A stretch of DNA of 63,778 nt, the filler included, from Octopus bimaculoides (taxonomy: Eukaryota), in assembly GCF_001194135.2 (NCBI RefSeq). It is 8 parts of 7 records of this genome, joined end to end, with 100 filler letters (N's around TTAATTAATTAA, not from the genome) between each part and the next. Parts side by side here need not be neighbours in the genome. Positions count along the whole stretch, not along the records: positions 62,376 to 63,778 come from NC_068989.1; 7 more parts are not named here. One strand, 5' to 3'. The notes under the pieces were generated by a model. The model made no database searches, was not told the DNA's origin, and saw only the letters and a list, made by a program, of their open reading frames with translations. Of the stretch, positions 63,620 to 63,778 are shown in pieces (the stretch's first letter is position 1; every line of letters begins with the position of its first letter). Made by a program: the position numbers and the translations under genes.

Positions 63620-63620
<1 letters not shown>
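62651..63620 (+). mobile_element. 5'-truncated RLE-type (R4/Dong-like) LINE: CCHC knuckle plus endonuclease
   Basis: CRFCDIFDETIDHHVSEC zinc knuckle, ILWDFPVNTD...ANRPDIIIKD...LIDVS (PD-(D/E)XK type) and QKIVLTSTARILR. Contains stops and frameshifts. (TAA)n on both sides. Confidence 0.88.
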
Positions 63621-63715
<95 letters not shown>

Positions 63716-63778
63716 GATATGAAATTCGGATTAGAAAAATGTGCCAAAGCAACCCTGAAAAGAGGAAAATTAGTTAAA
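63716..63778 (+). mobile_element. Start of another truncated RLE LINE copy (RT region)
   Basis: DMKFGLEKCAKATLKRGKLVK immediately after (TAA)n, matching the segment just after the RT catalytic motif in this LINE group. Confidence 0.7.

Overview
Eukaryotic, AT-rich, draft-assembly DNA, most likely from an octopus. That assignment is an inference from the tRNA-derived SINE families, RTE 3' ends and extreme microsatellite density. Much of the window is repeats or N-gaps, and seven identical artificial linkers (44 N + TTAATTAATTAA + 44 N) mark contig joins. The only protein-coding gene I recognise is a clan-2 (CYP2-like) cytochrome P450 on the minus strand. Coding exon 1 is 10095-9726 and exon 2 is 7739-7514, with canonical phase-matched splice sites; later exons lie left of the window or in gaps. 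A TATA/E-box/CCAAT promoter at about 48.3-48.4 kb fires leftward, and two well-signalled orphan exons at 39.0-40.0 kb suggest a second, unidentified minus-strand transcript. The rest is nested, decayed transposons: two Ty3/Gypsy relics, Tc1 and mariner relics, hAT, Helitron-like, RTE, CR1, Penelope GIY-YIG, RLE (R4/Dong-like) LINEs sitting in (TAA)n tracts, and three SINE families. The most notable structures are a 65-nt hairpin bracketed by 27-bp direct repeats beside the CYP exon-2 acceptor, several long fold-backs (candidate dsRNA/ADAR substrates) and a head-to-tail array of (TAA)n-associated retroelements. There is no CRISPR array, rRNA or true tRNA. I cannot establish a new multi-gene system from sequence alone. 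Boundaries of repeat copies are approximate, read by eye.
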